Assembly: GCA_965202585.1 (NCBI GenBank)
Contig: CBDBBG010000158.1
Span: forward strand, 1-64,000
Length of the DNA stretch: 64,000 nt
Direction of reading: 5' to 3'
DNA from: Thalia democratica
Taxonomy: Eukaryota
Shown: in pieces, positions 51,526-64,000 of the stretch
Layout: each line of letters starts with the position of its first letter
Numbering within the stretch: position 1 is the first letter of the stretch
Made by a program: the position numbers and the translations under genes
The notes under the pieces: model-generated
What the model saw: the letters and a program-made list of their open reading frames with translations, nothing else
The model's database searches: none
Told to the model about the DNA's origin: nothing

Positions 51526-54500
51526 GATGAATGAATAATAAAGCGACCAAAACGATACTTGCAAGAGTTACTGACTGTGACGAATTGACTGTCGAGCAGT
51601 TATGCTTTGCAAGGTACCTTTTACTTCTTAGCATTTTTGCATTAGCATGTTTGTTTAACACATATATGCTTATAAAAACTTAGTTGTCTTATTACGAATG
51701 TTGAAAAAGTTCCAGTAAGAAAGAAACCATATCTAACTTGTTCTAAAAGTAATTTTTTTTAAAGCATTAGTTTGAAAAGTCCAGAAATAACAGCCTGTAT
51801 CTTACAGCACACCTCTAAATACATTAAGAAAAACATAAATGAAACAAAACATGTTAACACACTCCCGACTGAGTTTTCCTTTGCCGCTCACCTAAAGTAA
51901 TAAAGTTTTAACAAAGCACAAGGTTTTTTTTTACCTCAAACTTAAACAAAGTTTCATTATATCGATTTCATGGAGTTTTGTTAATCGTAAGTTCTATCAA
52001 GTATGTTCAAGTTAATTACAGTTTAAACTAATGTGTAAAAAGTAATTTCAAAAGAATAAAAGAGTTCATTTTGTTTAGCTTTACTAGTTATGATTACTCA
52101 TAATCAATATACTCATAAGCAATGTACTCAAAACTTTTATTAAACAGACAACTAGATAACTTTGTTCTTGCACATACTAGTAACTTACCTTACAACAATG
52201 TTTTCCAAACAACCTTTCAAAAACGTACTGTACAGTAACTATGATGATACTTGTTTGAAAGTTGTAAACTACGTTTAAACACAAATTTTATTTTCCAGTG
52301 TATATGAAAAACTAGTTTAACAGGTAAGTAGTTTAACATTCAATTGGTGTTTCAAACAACTGATTCAAGCTGTTATACAGTTTAAAAAATAACTGATGCG
52401 ATTTTGCTCGTTAAACTTAAACCTTGATCAAACTAAGAACTTTAACTTTGCAGATTTCAACCGAATAAAGTGTGCTGATAAAAGTGAACAAATGGATTTG
52501 GTTGTAAATTTTTCAAACAAAATAAAGTTAATTAAATTCAAAGAAGTAAATAAGTCGAAAAAGCTTATGAACACTAGCACTAAATTTGAACTTAAACAAA
52601 AGCTGATATCTTTTGGATGAAAAATTTTACGTAAAAAAAGAGGTTGGTTTATTTTTTAAGCAGCATTATATACAAAATAAAATCGAGTAAGAAAATCGAA
52701 ATGAAAAAGTTTTGAAGTAAAATTGACAAACTTAGTGTTTGAATAAAGCTTTGTTTACAATCAGCACTCATAACCTTTCAATCTATCTTTGAAACTTTTT
52801 AACTGGAAAATAATGCAACTAGGTTTTTTTTTCAAACTTTGTTTTGTCACTTCTCATAAAGTTTTAAAGTCAGTCGAAACAACATAGATACTGACACATA
52901 TTTTGAAACAACAACAGTACTGTTTTTTAAAGTTTACGATTGAAGTGTTTACCAAGTTAAACATGTGTTTTAACTGCTTTACTGCTAATAGTAATTTCCT
53001 AGTTTACTCAACCTAGATTAATCATAATGTTCTGTACCATTGATTTCATTGACTAAATGTTTTGCTTTTCGAAATTCGTAACTAGTTATCTCTAACTTAC
53101 TGTTAATGTAGTTAAAAACACAGCTTAGGATAAGTTACATTTTATTCTCGGATGTCGTTAAGAACATAGCTGTTGTAGCAATAACATATAAACTTGAAGC
53201 AAAGTAACTGTTATCTTATTCAATTATAGACCATATAAAACAAAGTATTTGCTTGATTCAAAGTTTTACATTGTAGTTTGCCTATTATGGAACTTGTACT
53301 GTCACATAATAGGCTGTAAAAAAATGAAGGCTAAAAAAGTTTTTGTCTTGCTTTGTCCAATTTTTCTTCTTCTTTACATTTATAAAAACTACACAGCTTA
53401 AAGCAACAAGTTACAGTAATTTTGCTTTCTTATGTATAGCGTACTTAAGGGTAACAAACAAGTGGTAACAAGTTTTTTACTTCTTTTCTTTGTACCATGT
53501 TTCAGCTAATCAATTGGTTTATTTCATATGCTTGACAAGATTAGAAAGCTTAAATCAAGTAAGTAGATGTAAGCTTTGTAAAATAAAAGATTTATTTATA
53601 CAAGTTCATCATTTTATTAAGGTATTTTGTTTTGTAAATTGCGTACTTGTTAATAGCGTTCTCTTTCTTTTGAACAAACGATGTTGTTTACATTTATGTG
53701 TTACACCAGTTTTGAATTGTTAAGCATGTTTCAGTTGTAGTTTAATTGTAAATGAACAGTATTTTTTAAGGACACTAAACATTGTTTGTTATTAACAGTT
53801 TAAAACGTTTTCAGTTAATAAGTCAAAGTTTTATTTCTGTTTAAGCGTACTATTTTCATTGAAAAATAAAAATAGTTTTTACAGTGACGTAGGCACAGTT
53901 TTTTTTAATAAACTAAAAAACAAATGAAATATTGAATTAAAAAATGTCCACAAAGTAAGCATGAATAAGAATAAGTTTTATTTGGAAAAGAAAGTTAAAA
54001 GGAAAAAGGCCACGAAAAAGACACTCAAGTTAGTTAAAGCTTTTCACTAAGCATTCGACAATAGTAAGCAATAAAGTAAGGATTAGAGCAGTTATCTAGC
54101 TAGAGTTCCTTTCTTAACAGTTGCATAAAAAAAGTACAGTAGAGAAATTGTAGCGAGCTAGGTATTTAATAAATAATGGGTTTATAGTTTGGAGGGAAAT
54201 TGTTTTTTGATTCTTTTTCACCACAAAGTTGATTAAGTGTGTGTATTTGTGTTGTTGAGTTTAGTAGTCATTAGTAGCTTGTGTATTTAATTGGTGATCC
54301 ACCTAATCTTTAGATTCAAAAAGTACATAGCTTAAAACAAACAAGTATCGTCGTTTTGAGTTGTCTCATACATAGTTTAAAAAAGAGTTACAAAAAATGG
54401 TAACAAGCTGTTCCATTTTTACCTTGGAATCATGTCGTTATTTGTCATAGCCACAGAAAAAATGAGTTCAACAAAACAAGTATGAGCTTTGTAAGCAGAA

Positions 54501-56060
54501 AGATTATTTCAATTGTATGTTTGTTTTAAACAATCACTGTTGTTTACATTACTGTTCAACTTTTAAACAGTTTTTTATTGTTTCATTTGCATTCTGATAA
54601 GTAAAACTAATACTTATTTGACAATCAGACCTTAAATAAATATCATTGAGCATTTTTAGTATCAAAGCAAAGTAAATGTTTCTTCTCATTTAATATAATG
54701 TCTTATTTAAGCATAATTTTTTATTTAGTGACAGATTGATTTTTTTATTAAACTAACAACAAATATCTATTGAGTGTTTGAAAAACAAGTTTACAAAGTA
54801 AAATGAACTAGAATAAGTTTTGTTTAAACAATAAGTTAAACAAGAAAATTCCCATTAAAAAACATTTTTACCTAACATTTAAATACTAGTGAAGCAGAAA
54901 AACTTATTCTACATTATCAAAAGTAGTTTAAAATGTCAAGTAGAACTACAAAAACTAAAGTAAGTGTAACTAACTAGTAGAAACAAAAACAGAGAAATTC
55001 AGCTTTAGAAAGTTTATTTAGAAGTTATTGAAACACACTAACTGTTACTTTTTACCAACACGCACAATGTAGATATAAATTTGTACATTTTTTTGTCGCT
55101 TAGTTTAAGCTTGTTTGACACTGTTTACTCGACATTAGTAGCTGCTTAAATCAACTGGTGGTCCTGATTACTTTAGATATGTAGAAACATAACTTTCAAC
55201 AAACTACTAGAGTTGTTAAAGGTCAGTAAGTTGTCTCATATCTAGTTAAAACAAGTACCTTTTACTTTGAAAACTAGAATAATAAATTACTTAAAAAAGT
55301 ACAAGCAGTTACTTTTTTGTGTTTTACCAAGTTTCAACCAATGAGCTGGTTTGTTTTGTGTGTTTATGTTTTGAATTGAAAATGTTTCTTGAATATGCTA
55401 AACAGAAGTTAGCTTTGAAAGAAGGAATATGTTATTTTACTTGAAAAACACATCTGTAATTTTTTGTCTTGAACAACCATTTTTGTATTCATTTATGTAT
55501 TCGTAACTTTTTAAAACGTGTTACATGGCTTCAATTGCAGTTAAGTTGATAAGAAGAACTCGTTTAAAAAGTTAAAGCTCGGTTGTGTTACTAATAATCA
55601 ACAACAACTTAAAATAAAGTTACAACTAAGTTTTTGCATGTTATAAGTGATATACATTTTTGTTTAAAAAGATGATACTTTTTTGTAAGCACTTATTTAT
55701 TGAATGTTTCAACAGAACTTCAGCAAATGAATAAAAACAAGTGTTTTGTACAAAAAGTATTCAGATGAAAAATCTTACGGACAACAAAATCAAGTTAGTT
55801 AAACATCTTTTACAAACCATTTGATTACAAGCACTACTACTGTTTTTAGACTAATGCAATGCTTTTTCTACAATATAACGAGTTACAAGTTTATAAAGTA
55901 TTTGAAACAAAAAAAAAGTGTGTTCATTCAAGTATATGAGTTTTTAATTTACACAAATAAGAATTTATTTGTACTAAGCTTATATTCTTGTACTTTAAGT
56001 AAACATGAACAGCTGGTTCTATTCAAATGGTGGTCCTGAAAAGGACCGGTTGTTTAGCGT

Positions 56061-56420
56061 TTATTTTGAGCTGGTGTATTTGGTAACAGCTTTAGTTCCT
56101 TCTGAAACTGCGTGCTTTGACAACTCGCCGGGGAGCAAGAGCCTGACAGCAGTTTGAATTTCGCGGCTGCTAACAGTTGACCTCTTGTTGTAATGAGCCA
56201 AACGTGAAGCCTCTGCTGCAATGCGCTCGAAGATGTCGTTGACAAATGAGTTCATGATTCCCATTGCCTTGCTGGAAATTCCGGTGTCGGGGTGCACTTG
56301 CTTCAAAACTTTGTACACATAGATGCCAAAGCTTTCTTTGTTCCTCCTCCTTCGCTTCTTCTTGCCGTCGACCGGAGCGGTCTTGGCTACTGACTTCTTC
56401 GCGCCTTTGGTTGCTGTCAT
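56061..56420 (-). CDS. H2B: Histone H2B (copy 8)
   Basis: Same protein as copy 1. Confidence 0.98.
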   Translation of the reverse strand: MTATKGAKKSVAKTAPVDGKKKRRRRNKESFGIYVYKVLKQVHPDTGISSKAMGIMNSFVNDIFERIAAEASRLAHYNKRSTVSSREIQTAVRLLLPGELSKHAVSEGTKAVTKYTSSK

Positions 56421-56584
56421 GATGATGTGTGGACTTCTGTCTCGGCGCCAGTTTATATGCTGAAAAATTATGCAAATTAGCATAGTTCCGTACGCGAACG
56501 ATAGCTGGTTTCTCTCACTTCACAATTCTCTCGTTTGTTGTAAATATTTTGGTGGTCCTGAAAAGGACCTGGTTTTTTTTTAAC

Positions 56585-56965
56585 TTAGGCTGACTTTTTT
56601 GAAGCGGTCTTCTTAGGCAATAGTACTGCCTGGATGTTTGGAAGAACACCACCTTGAGCAATTGTGACGCCTCCGAGAAGTTTGTTCAACTCTTCGTCGT
56701 TGCGAATAGCTAGTTGCAAATGGCGAGGAATGATCCTGCTTTTCTTGTTGTCACGAGCAGCGTTACCGGCAAGCTCGAGCACTTCTGCGCTCAAGTACTC
56801 GAGAACGGCAGCCAGATAAACTGGAGCACCAGCTCCGACTCTTTGGCTGTAGTTGCCGGTGCGCAACAGGCGGTGCACGCGACCGACTGGAAACTGCAGT
56901 CCTGCACGGGAAGACCTGCTCTTCGGCTTAGATTTGAGTTTTGATCCTTTACCACGTCCTGACAT
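56585..56965 (-). CDS. H2A: Histone H2A (copy 8)
   Basis: Same protein as copy 1. Confidence 0.98.
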   Translation of the reverse strand: MSGRGKGSKLKSKPKSRSSRAGLQFPVGRVHRLLRTGNYSQRVGAGAPVYLAAVLEYLSAEVLELAGNAARDNKKSRIIPRHLQLAIRNDEELNKLLGGVTIAQGGVLPNIQAVLLPKKTASKKSA

Positions 56966-57147
56966 TTTGTTGTTCGAATGATTGTGATGATAGCTTGCAC
57001 AGCTCACTATAAAACTCATACCTAACCGCGTCGAACGAAAAACTAATTTGCATATGTCATAGCTAATGCTTAATCTTGTCAAAAGTGTTGTAAAACTTTT
57101 ATATTGAATTAGGTGGTCCTAAAAAGGACCGGGTTTGCTAAAAGCGA

Positions 57148-57495
<348 letters not shown>

Positions 57496-57647
57496 TTATA
57501 TACAAGCTGTTACGGACGCGTACGGTTACTACTAACTAATTTGCATACTCAAAAAAGTCTCTTAACTTACATTTTTTCGTTCGGTTAAGTTTTTCTCACT
57601 GTCAAAGTTTTAAGGTGGCCCTGAAAAGGACCGGTTTTAGCTAACGC

Positions 57648-58139
<492 letters not shown>

Positions 58140-58239
58140 CTAATTTGCATATTTTCAACTTAGCATTGTTTTATGCATTTCGAGTTGCGTTATATTTTGT
58201 TTGAGTGGTCCTGAAAAGGACCTTGGGTAAAAGAACAAC

Positions 58240-58800
58240 TTATTTTTTGCAGCTCTTCTTCTTGGATGCTTTTTTGGCTGCCGGCTTCTTCTTGGTTACT
58301 TTCTTCTTCTTGCTTGCAGCTTTTTTAGATGCTGCCTTCTTAGGAGCGCACTTTTTAGCAGGTCGCTTTTTGGCTGCTGGTTTTTTTGCAGCCTTCTTGG
58401 GAGCACACTTCTTTTTTGGTTTTTTAGCTGCGGCCTTCTTTGCTGCTGGCTTTTTAGCTACTTTCTTTGTCCTCTTCTTGGGCCCAGCAGCTGGCATTGG
58501 AGCAAGCTTGAACGAGCCAGAAGCGCCTTTTCCAGTTGTCTGGAGAAAAGCACCTTTGGTCACGCCGCTGGTAAGTGCTCTCTTCAAGTGAGAATTGGAA
58601 GCTGTGAGGTCAAGCTTGTAGGTGTCCGCAATAAACTTTTGTATCTTCTGGCGGGATGTACCTTTTCGTTCCTTCATTGCTCCAAGGGCAGAGCTAATCA
58701 TTTCCCTGTAAGTAGGGTGCTCTGCCTTCTTGGCGCTTGGTCTCTTGGAGGACCTGGCTGCGGCTGGCGCTGGTACTGCTGCTACTGCTGTGGTAGACAT
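58240..58800 (-). CDS. H1: Histone H1 (copy 9)
   Basis: Same protein as copy 1. Confidence 0.97.
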   Translation of the reverse strand: MSTTAVAAVPAPAAARSSKRPSAKKAEHPTYREMISSALGAMKERKGTSRQKIQKFIADTYKLDLTASNSHLKRALTSGVTKGAFLQTTGKGASGSFKLAPMPAAGPKKRTKKVAKKPAAKKAAAKKPKKKCAPKKAAKKPAAKKRPAKKCAPKKAASKKAASKKKKVTKKKPAAKKASKKKSCKK

Positions 58801-61800
58801 GATGAATGAATAATAAAGCGACCAAAACGATACTTGCAAGAGTTACTGACTGTGACGAATTGACTGTCGAGCAGTTATGCTTTGCAAGGTACCTTTTACT
58901 TCTTAGCATTTTTGCATTAGCATGTTTGTTTAACACATATATGCTTATAAAAACTTAGTTGTCTTATTACGAATGTTGAAAAAGTTCCAGTAAGAAAGAA
59001 ACCATATCTAACTTGTTCTAAAAGTAATTTTTTTTAAAGCATTAGTTTGAAAAGTCCAGAAATAACAGCCTGTATCTTACAGCACACCTCTAAATACATT
59101 AAGAAAAACATAAATGAAACAAAACATGTTAACACACTCCCGACTGAGTTTTCCTTTGCCGCTCACCTAAAGTAATAAAGTTTTAACAAAGCACAAGGTT
59201 TTTTTTTACCTCAAACTTAAACAAAGTTTCATTATATCGATTTCATGGAGTTTTGTTAATCGTAAGTTCTATCAAGTATGTTCAAGTTAATTACAGTTTA
59301 AACTAATGTGTAAAAAGTAATTTCAAAAGAATAAAAGAGTTCATTTTGTTTAGCTTTACTAGTTATGATTACTCATAATCAATATACTCATAAGCAATGT
59401 ACTCAAAACTTTTATTAAACAGACAACTAGATAACTTTGTTCTTGCACATACTAGTAACTTACCTTACAACAATGTTTTCCAAACAACCTTTCAAAAACG
59501 TACTGTACAGTAACTATGATGATACTTGTTTGAAAGTTGTAAACTACGTTTAAACACAAATTTTATTTTCCAGTGTATATGAAAAACTAGTTTAACAGGT
59601 AAGTAGTTTAACATTCAATTGGTGTTTCAAACAACTGATTCAAGCTGTTATACAGTTTAAAAAATAACTGATGCGATTTTGCTCGTTAAACTTAAACCTT
59701 GATCAAACTAAGAACTTTAACTTTGCAGATTTCAACCGAATAAAGTGTGCTGATAAAAGTGAACAAATGGATTTGGTTGTAAATTTTTCAAACAAAATAA
59801 AGTTAATTAAATTCAAAGAAGTAAATAAGTCGAAAAAGCTTATGAACACTAGCACTAAATTTGAACTTAAACAAAAGCTGATATCTTTTGGATGAAAAAT
59901 TTTACGTAAAAAAAGAGGTTGGTTTATTTTTTAAGCAGCATTATATACAAAATAAAATCGAGTAAGAAAATCGAAATGAAAAAGTTTTGAAGTAAAATTG
60001 ACAAACTTAGTGTTTGAATAAAGCTTTGTTTACAATCAGCACTCATAACCTTTCAATCTATCTTTGAAACTTTTTAACTGGAAAATAATGCAACTAGGTT
60101 TTTTTTTCAAACTTTGTTTTGTCACTTCTCATAAAGTTTTAAAGTCAGTCGAAACAACATAGATACTGACACATATTTTGAAACAACAACAGTACTGTTT
60201 TTTAAAGTTTACGATTGAAGTGTTTACCAAGTTAAACATGTGTTTTAACTGCTTTACTGCTAATAGTAATTTCCTAGTTTACTCAACCTAGATTAATCAT
60301 AATGTTCTGTACCATTGATTTCATTGACTAAATGTTTTGCTTTTCGAAATTCGTAACTAGTTATCTCTAACTTACTGTTAATGTAGTTAAAAACACAGCT
60401 TAGGATAAGTTACATTTTATTCTCGGATGTCGTTAAGAACATAGCTGTTGTAGCAATAACATATAAACTTGAAGCAAAGTAACTGTTATCTTATTCAATT
60501 ATAGACCATATAAAACAAAGTATTTGCTTGATTCAAAGTTTTACATTGTAGTTTGCCTATTATGGAACTTGTACTGTCACATAATAGGCTGTAAAAAAAT
60601 GAAGGCTAAAAAAGTTTTTGTCTTGCTTTGTCCAATTTTTCTTCTTCTTTACATTTATAAAAACTACACAGCTTAAAGCAACAAGTTACAGTAATTTTGC
60701 TTTCTTATGTATAGCGTACTTAAGGGTAACAAACAAGTGGTAACAAGTTTTTTACTTCTTTTCTTTGTACCATGTTTCAGCTAATCAATTGGTTTATTTC
60801 ATATGCTTGACAAGATTAGAAAGCTTAAATCAAGTAAGTAGATGTAAGCTTTGTAAAATAAAAGATTTATTTATACAAGTTCATCATTTTATTAAGGTAT
60901 TTTGTTTTGTAAATTGCGTACTTGTTAATAGCGTTCTCTTTCTTTTGAACAAACGATGTTGTTTACATTTATGTGTTACACCAGTTTTGAATTGCTAAGC
61001 ATGTTTCAGTTGTAGTTTAATTGTAATTGAACAGTATTTTTTAAGGACACTAAACATTGTTTGTTATTAACAGTTTAAAACGTTTTCAGTTAATAAGTCA
61101 AAGTTTTATTTCTGTTTAAGCGTACTATTTTCATTGAAAAATAAAAATAGTTTTTACAGTGACGTAGGCACAGTTTTTTTTAATAAACTAAAAAACAAAT
61201 GAAATATTGAATTAAAAAATGTCCACAAAGTAAGCATGAATAAGAATAAGTTTTATTTGGAAAAGAAAGTTAAAAGGAAAAAGGCCACGAAAAAGACACT
61301 CAAGTTAGTTAAAGCTTTTCACTAAGCATTCGACAATAGTAAGCAATAAAGTAAGGATTAGAGCAGTTATCTAGCTAGAGTTCCTTTCTTAACAGTTGCA
61401 TAAAAAAAGTACAGTAGAGAAATTGTAGCGAGCTAGGTATTTAATAAATAATGGGTTTATAGTTTGGAGGGAAATTGTTTTTTGATTCTTTTTCACCACA
61501 AAGTTGATTAAGTGTGTGTATTTGTGTTGTTGAGTTTAGTAGTCATTAGTAGCTTGTGTATTTAATTGGTGATCCACCTAATCTTTAGATTCAAAAAGTA
61601 CATAGCTTAAAACAAACAAGTATCGTCGTTTTGAGTTGTCTCATACATAGTTTAAAAAAGAGTTACAAAAAATGGTAACAAGCTGTTCCATTTTTACCTT
61701 GGAATCATGTCGTTATTTGTCATAGCCACAGAAAAAATGAGTTCAACAAAACAAGTATGAGCTTTGTAAGCAGAAAGATTATTTCAATTGTATGTTTGTT

Positions 61801-63335
61801 TTAAACAATCACTGTTGTTTACATTACTGTTCAACTTTTAAACAGTTTTTTATTGTTTCATTTGCATTCTGATAAGTAAAACTAATACTTATTTGACAAT
61901 CAGACCTTAAATAAATATCATTGAGCATTTTTAGTATCAAAGCAAAGTAAATGTTTCTTCTCATTTAATATAATGTCTTATTTAAGCATAATTTTTTATT
62001 TAGTGACAGATTGATTTTTTTATTAAACTAACAACAAATATCTATTGAGTGTTTGAAAAACAAGTTTACAAAGTAAAATGAACTAGAATAAGTTTTGTTT
62101 AAACAATAAGTTAAACAAGAAAATTCCCATTAAAAAACATTTTTACCTAACATTTAAATACTAGTGAAGCAGAAAAACTTATTCTACATTATCAAAAGTA
62201 GTTTAAAATGTCAAGTAGAACTACAAAAACTAAAGTAAGTGTAACTAACTAGTAGAAACAAAAACAGAGAAATTCAGCTTTAGAAAGTTTATTTAGAAGT
62301 TATTGAAACACACTAACTGTTACTTTTTACCAACACGCACAATGTAGATATAAATTTGTACATTTTTTTGTCGCTTAGTTTAAGCTTGTTTGACACTGTT
62401 TACTCGACATTAGTAGCTGCTTAAATCAACTGGTGGTCCTGATTACTTTAGATATGTAGAAACATAACTTTCAACAAACTACTAGAGTTGTTAAAGGTCA
62501 GTAAGTTGTCTCATATCTAGTTAAAACAAGTACCTTTTACTTTGAAAACTAGAATAATAAATTACTTAAAAAAGTACAAGCAGTTACTTTTTTGTGTTTT
62601 ACCAAGTTTCAACCAATGAGCTGGTTTGTTTTGTGTGTTTATGTTTTGAATTGAAAATGTTTCTTGAATATGCTAAACAGAAGTTAGCTTTGAAAGAAGG
62701 AATATGTTATTTTACGTGAAAAACACATCTGTAATTTTTTGTCTTGAACAACCATTTTTGTATTCATTTATGTATTCGTAACTTTTTAAAACGTGTTACA
62801 TGGCTTCAATTGCAGTTAAGTTGATAAGAAGAACTCGTTTAAAAAGTTAAAGCTCGGTTGTGTTACTAATAATCAACAACAACTTAAAATAAAGTTACAA
62901 CTAAGTTTTTGCATGTTATAAGTGATATACATTTTTGTTTAAAAAGATGATACTTTTTTGTAAGCACTTATTTATTGAATGTTTCAACAGAACTTCAGCA
63001 AATGAATAAAAACAAGTGTTTTGTACAAAAAGTATTCAGATGAAAAATCTTACGGACAACAAAATCAAGTTAGTTAAACATCTTTTACAAACCATTTGAT
63101 TACAAGCACTACTACTGTTTTTAGACTAATGCAATGCTTTTTCTACAATATAACGAGCTACAAGTTTATAAAGTATTTGAAACAAAAAAAAAGTGTGTTC
63201 ATTCAAGTATATGAGTTTTTAATTTACACAAATAAGAATTTATTTGTACTAAGCTTATATTCTTGTACTTTAAGTAAACATGAACAGCTGGTTCTATTCA
63301 AATGGTGGTCCTGAAAAGGACCGGTTGTTTAGCGT

Positions 63336-63695
63336 TTATTTTGAGCTGGTGTATTTGGTAACAGCTTTAGTTCCTTCTGAAACTGCGTGCTTTGACAACT
63401 CGCCGGGGAGCAAGAGCCTGACAGCAGTTTGAATTTCGCGGCTGCTAACAGTTGACCTCTTGTTGTAATGAGCCAAACGTGAAGCCTCTGCTGCAATGCG
63501 CTCGAAGATGTCGTTGACAAATGAGTTCATGATTCCCATTGCCTTGCTGGAAATTCCGGTGTCGGGGTGCACTTGCTTCAAAACTTTGTACACATAGATG
63601 CCAAAGCTTTCTTTGTTCCTCCTCCTTCGCTTCTTCTTGCCGTCGACCGGAGCGGTCTTGGCTACTGACTTCTTCGCGCCTTTGGTTGCTGTCAT
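63336..63695 (-). CDS. H2B: Histone H2B (copy 9)
   Basis: Same protein as copy 1. Confidence 0.98.
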   Translation of the reverse strand: MTATKGAKKSVAKTAPVDGKKKRRRRNKESFGIYVYKVLKQVHPDTGISSKAMGIMNSFVNDIFERIAAEASRLAHYNKRSTVSSREIQTAVRLLLPGELSKHAVSEGTKAVTKYTSSK

Positions 63696-63859
63696 GATGA
63701 TGTGTGGACTTCTGTCTCGGCGCCAGTTTATATGCTGAAAAATTATGCAAATTAGCATAGTTCCGTACGCGAACGATAGCTGGTTTCTCTCACTTCACAA
63801 TTCTCTCGTTTGTTGTAAATATTTTGGTGGTCCTGAAAAGGACCTGGTTTTTTTTTAAC

Positions 63860-64000
<141 letters not shown>

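Overview
The whole window is a eukaryotic (metazoan-type) tandem array of replication-dependent histone genes: about 8.8 near-identical copies of a 7,275-bp unit. All genes lie on the minus strand. In the direction of transcription the order is H1-H3-H4-H2A-H2B, packed into about 2.8 kb and followed by an AT-rich spacer of about 4.4 kb. Every gene is intronless and ends in a 16-nt histone 3' stem-loop. By eye the copies differ at only 11 single-base sites and show no indels; one site gives an H3 R26H variant in copy 8. The most unexpected structure is the spacer. It looks like a decayed nested array of roughly 0.85-1.0-kb subrepeats (three well supported, about five possible) derived from the H2B 3' flank. 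Several subrepeats keep the 3' arm of the stem-loop plus downstream sequence. Other notable features: a shared octamer (ATGCAAATTAG) plus CGCG promoter module at all four core genes; stop-to-start gaps of only 164-188 bp; no common U7-pairing element; a Cys-containing H1 tail with no SP/TP sites; and fixed substitutions in normally invariant H3/H4 residues. I cannot assign the organism from the sequence. Regulatory and spacer features are listed for the first copy only and recur at +7,275 x k.
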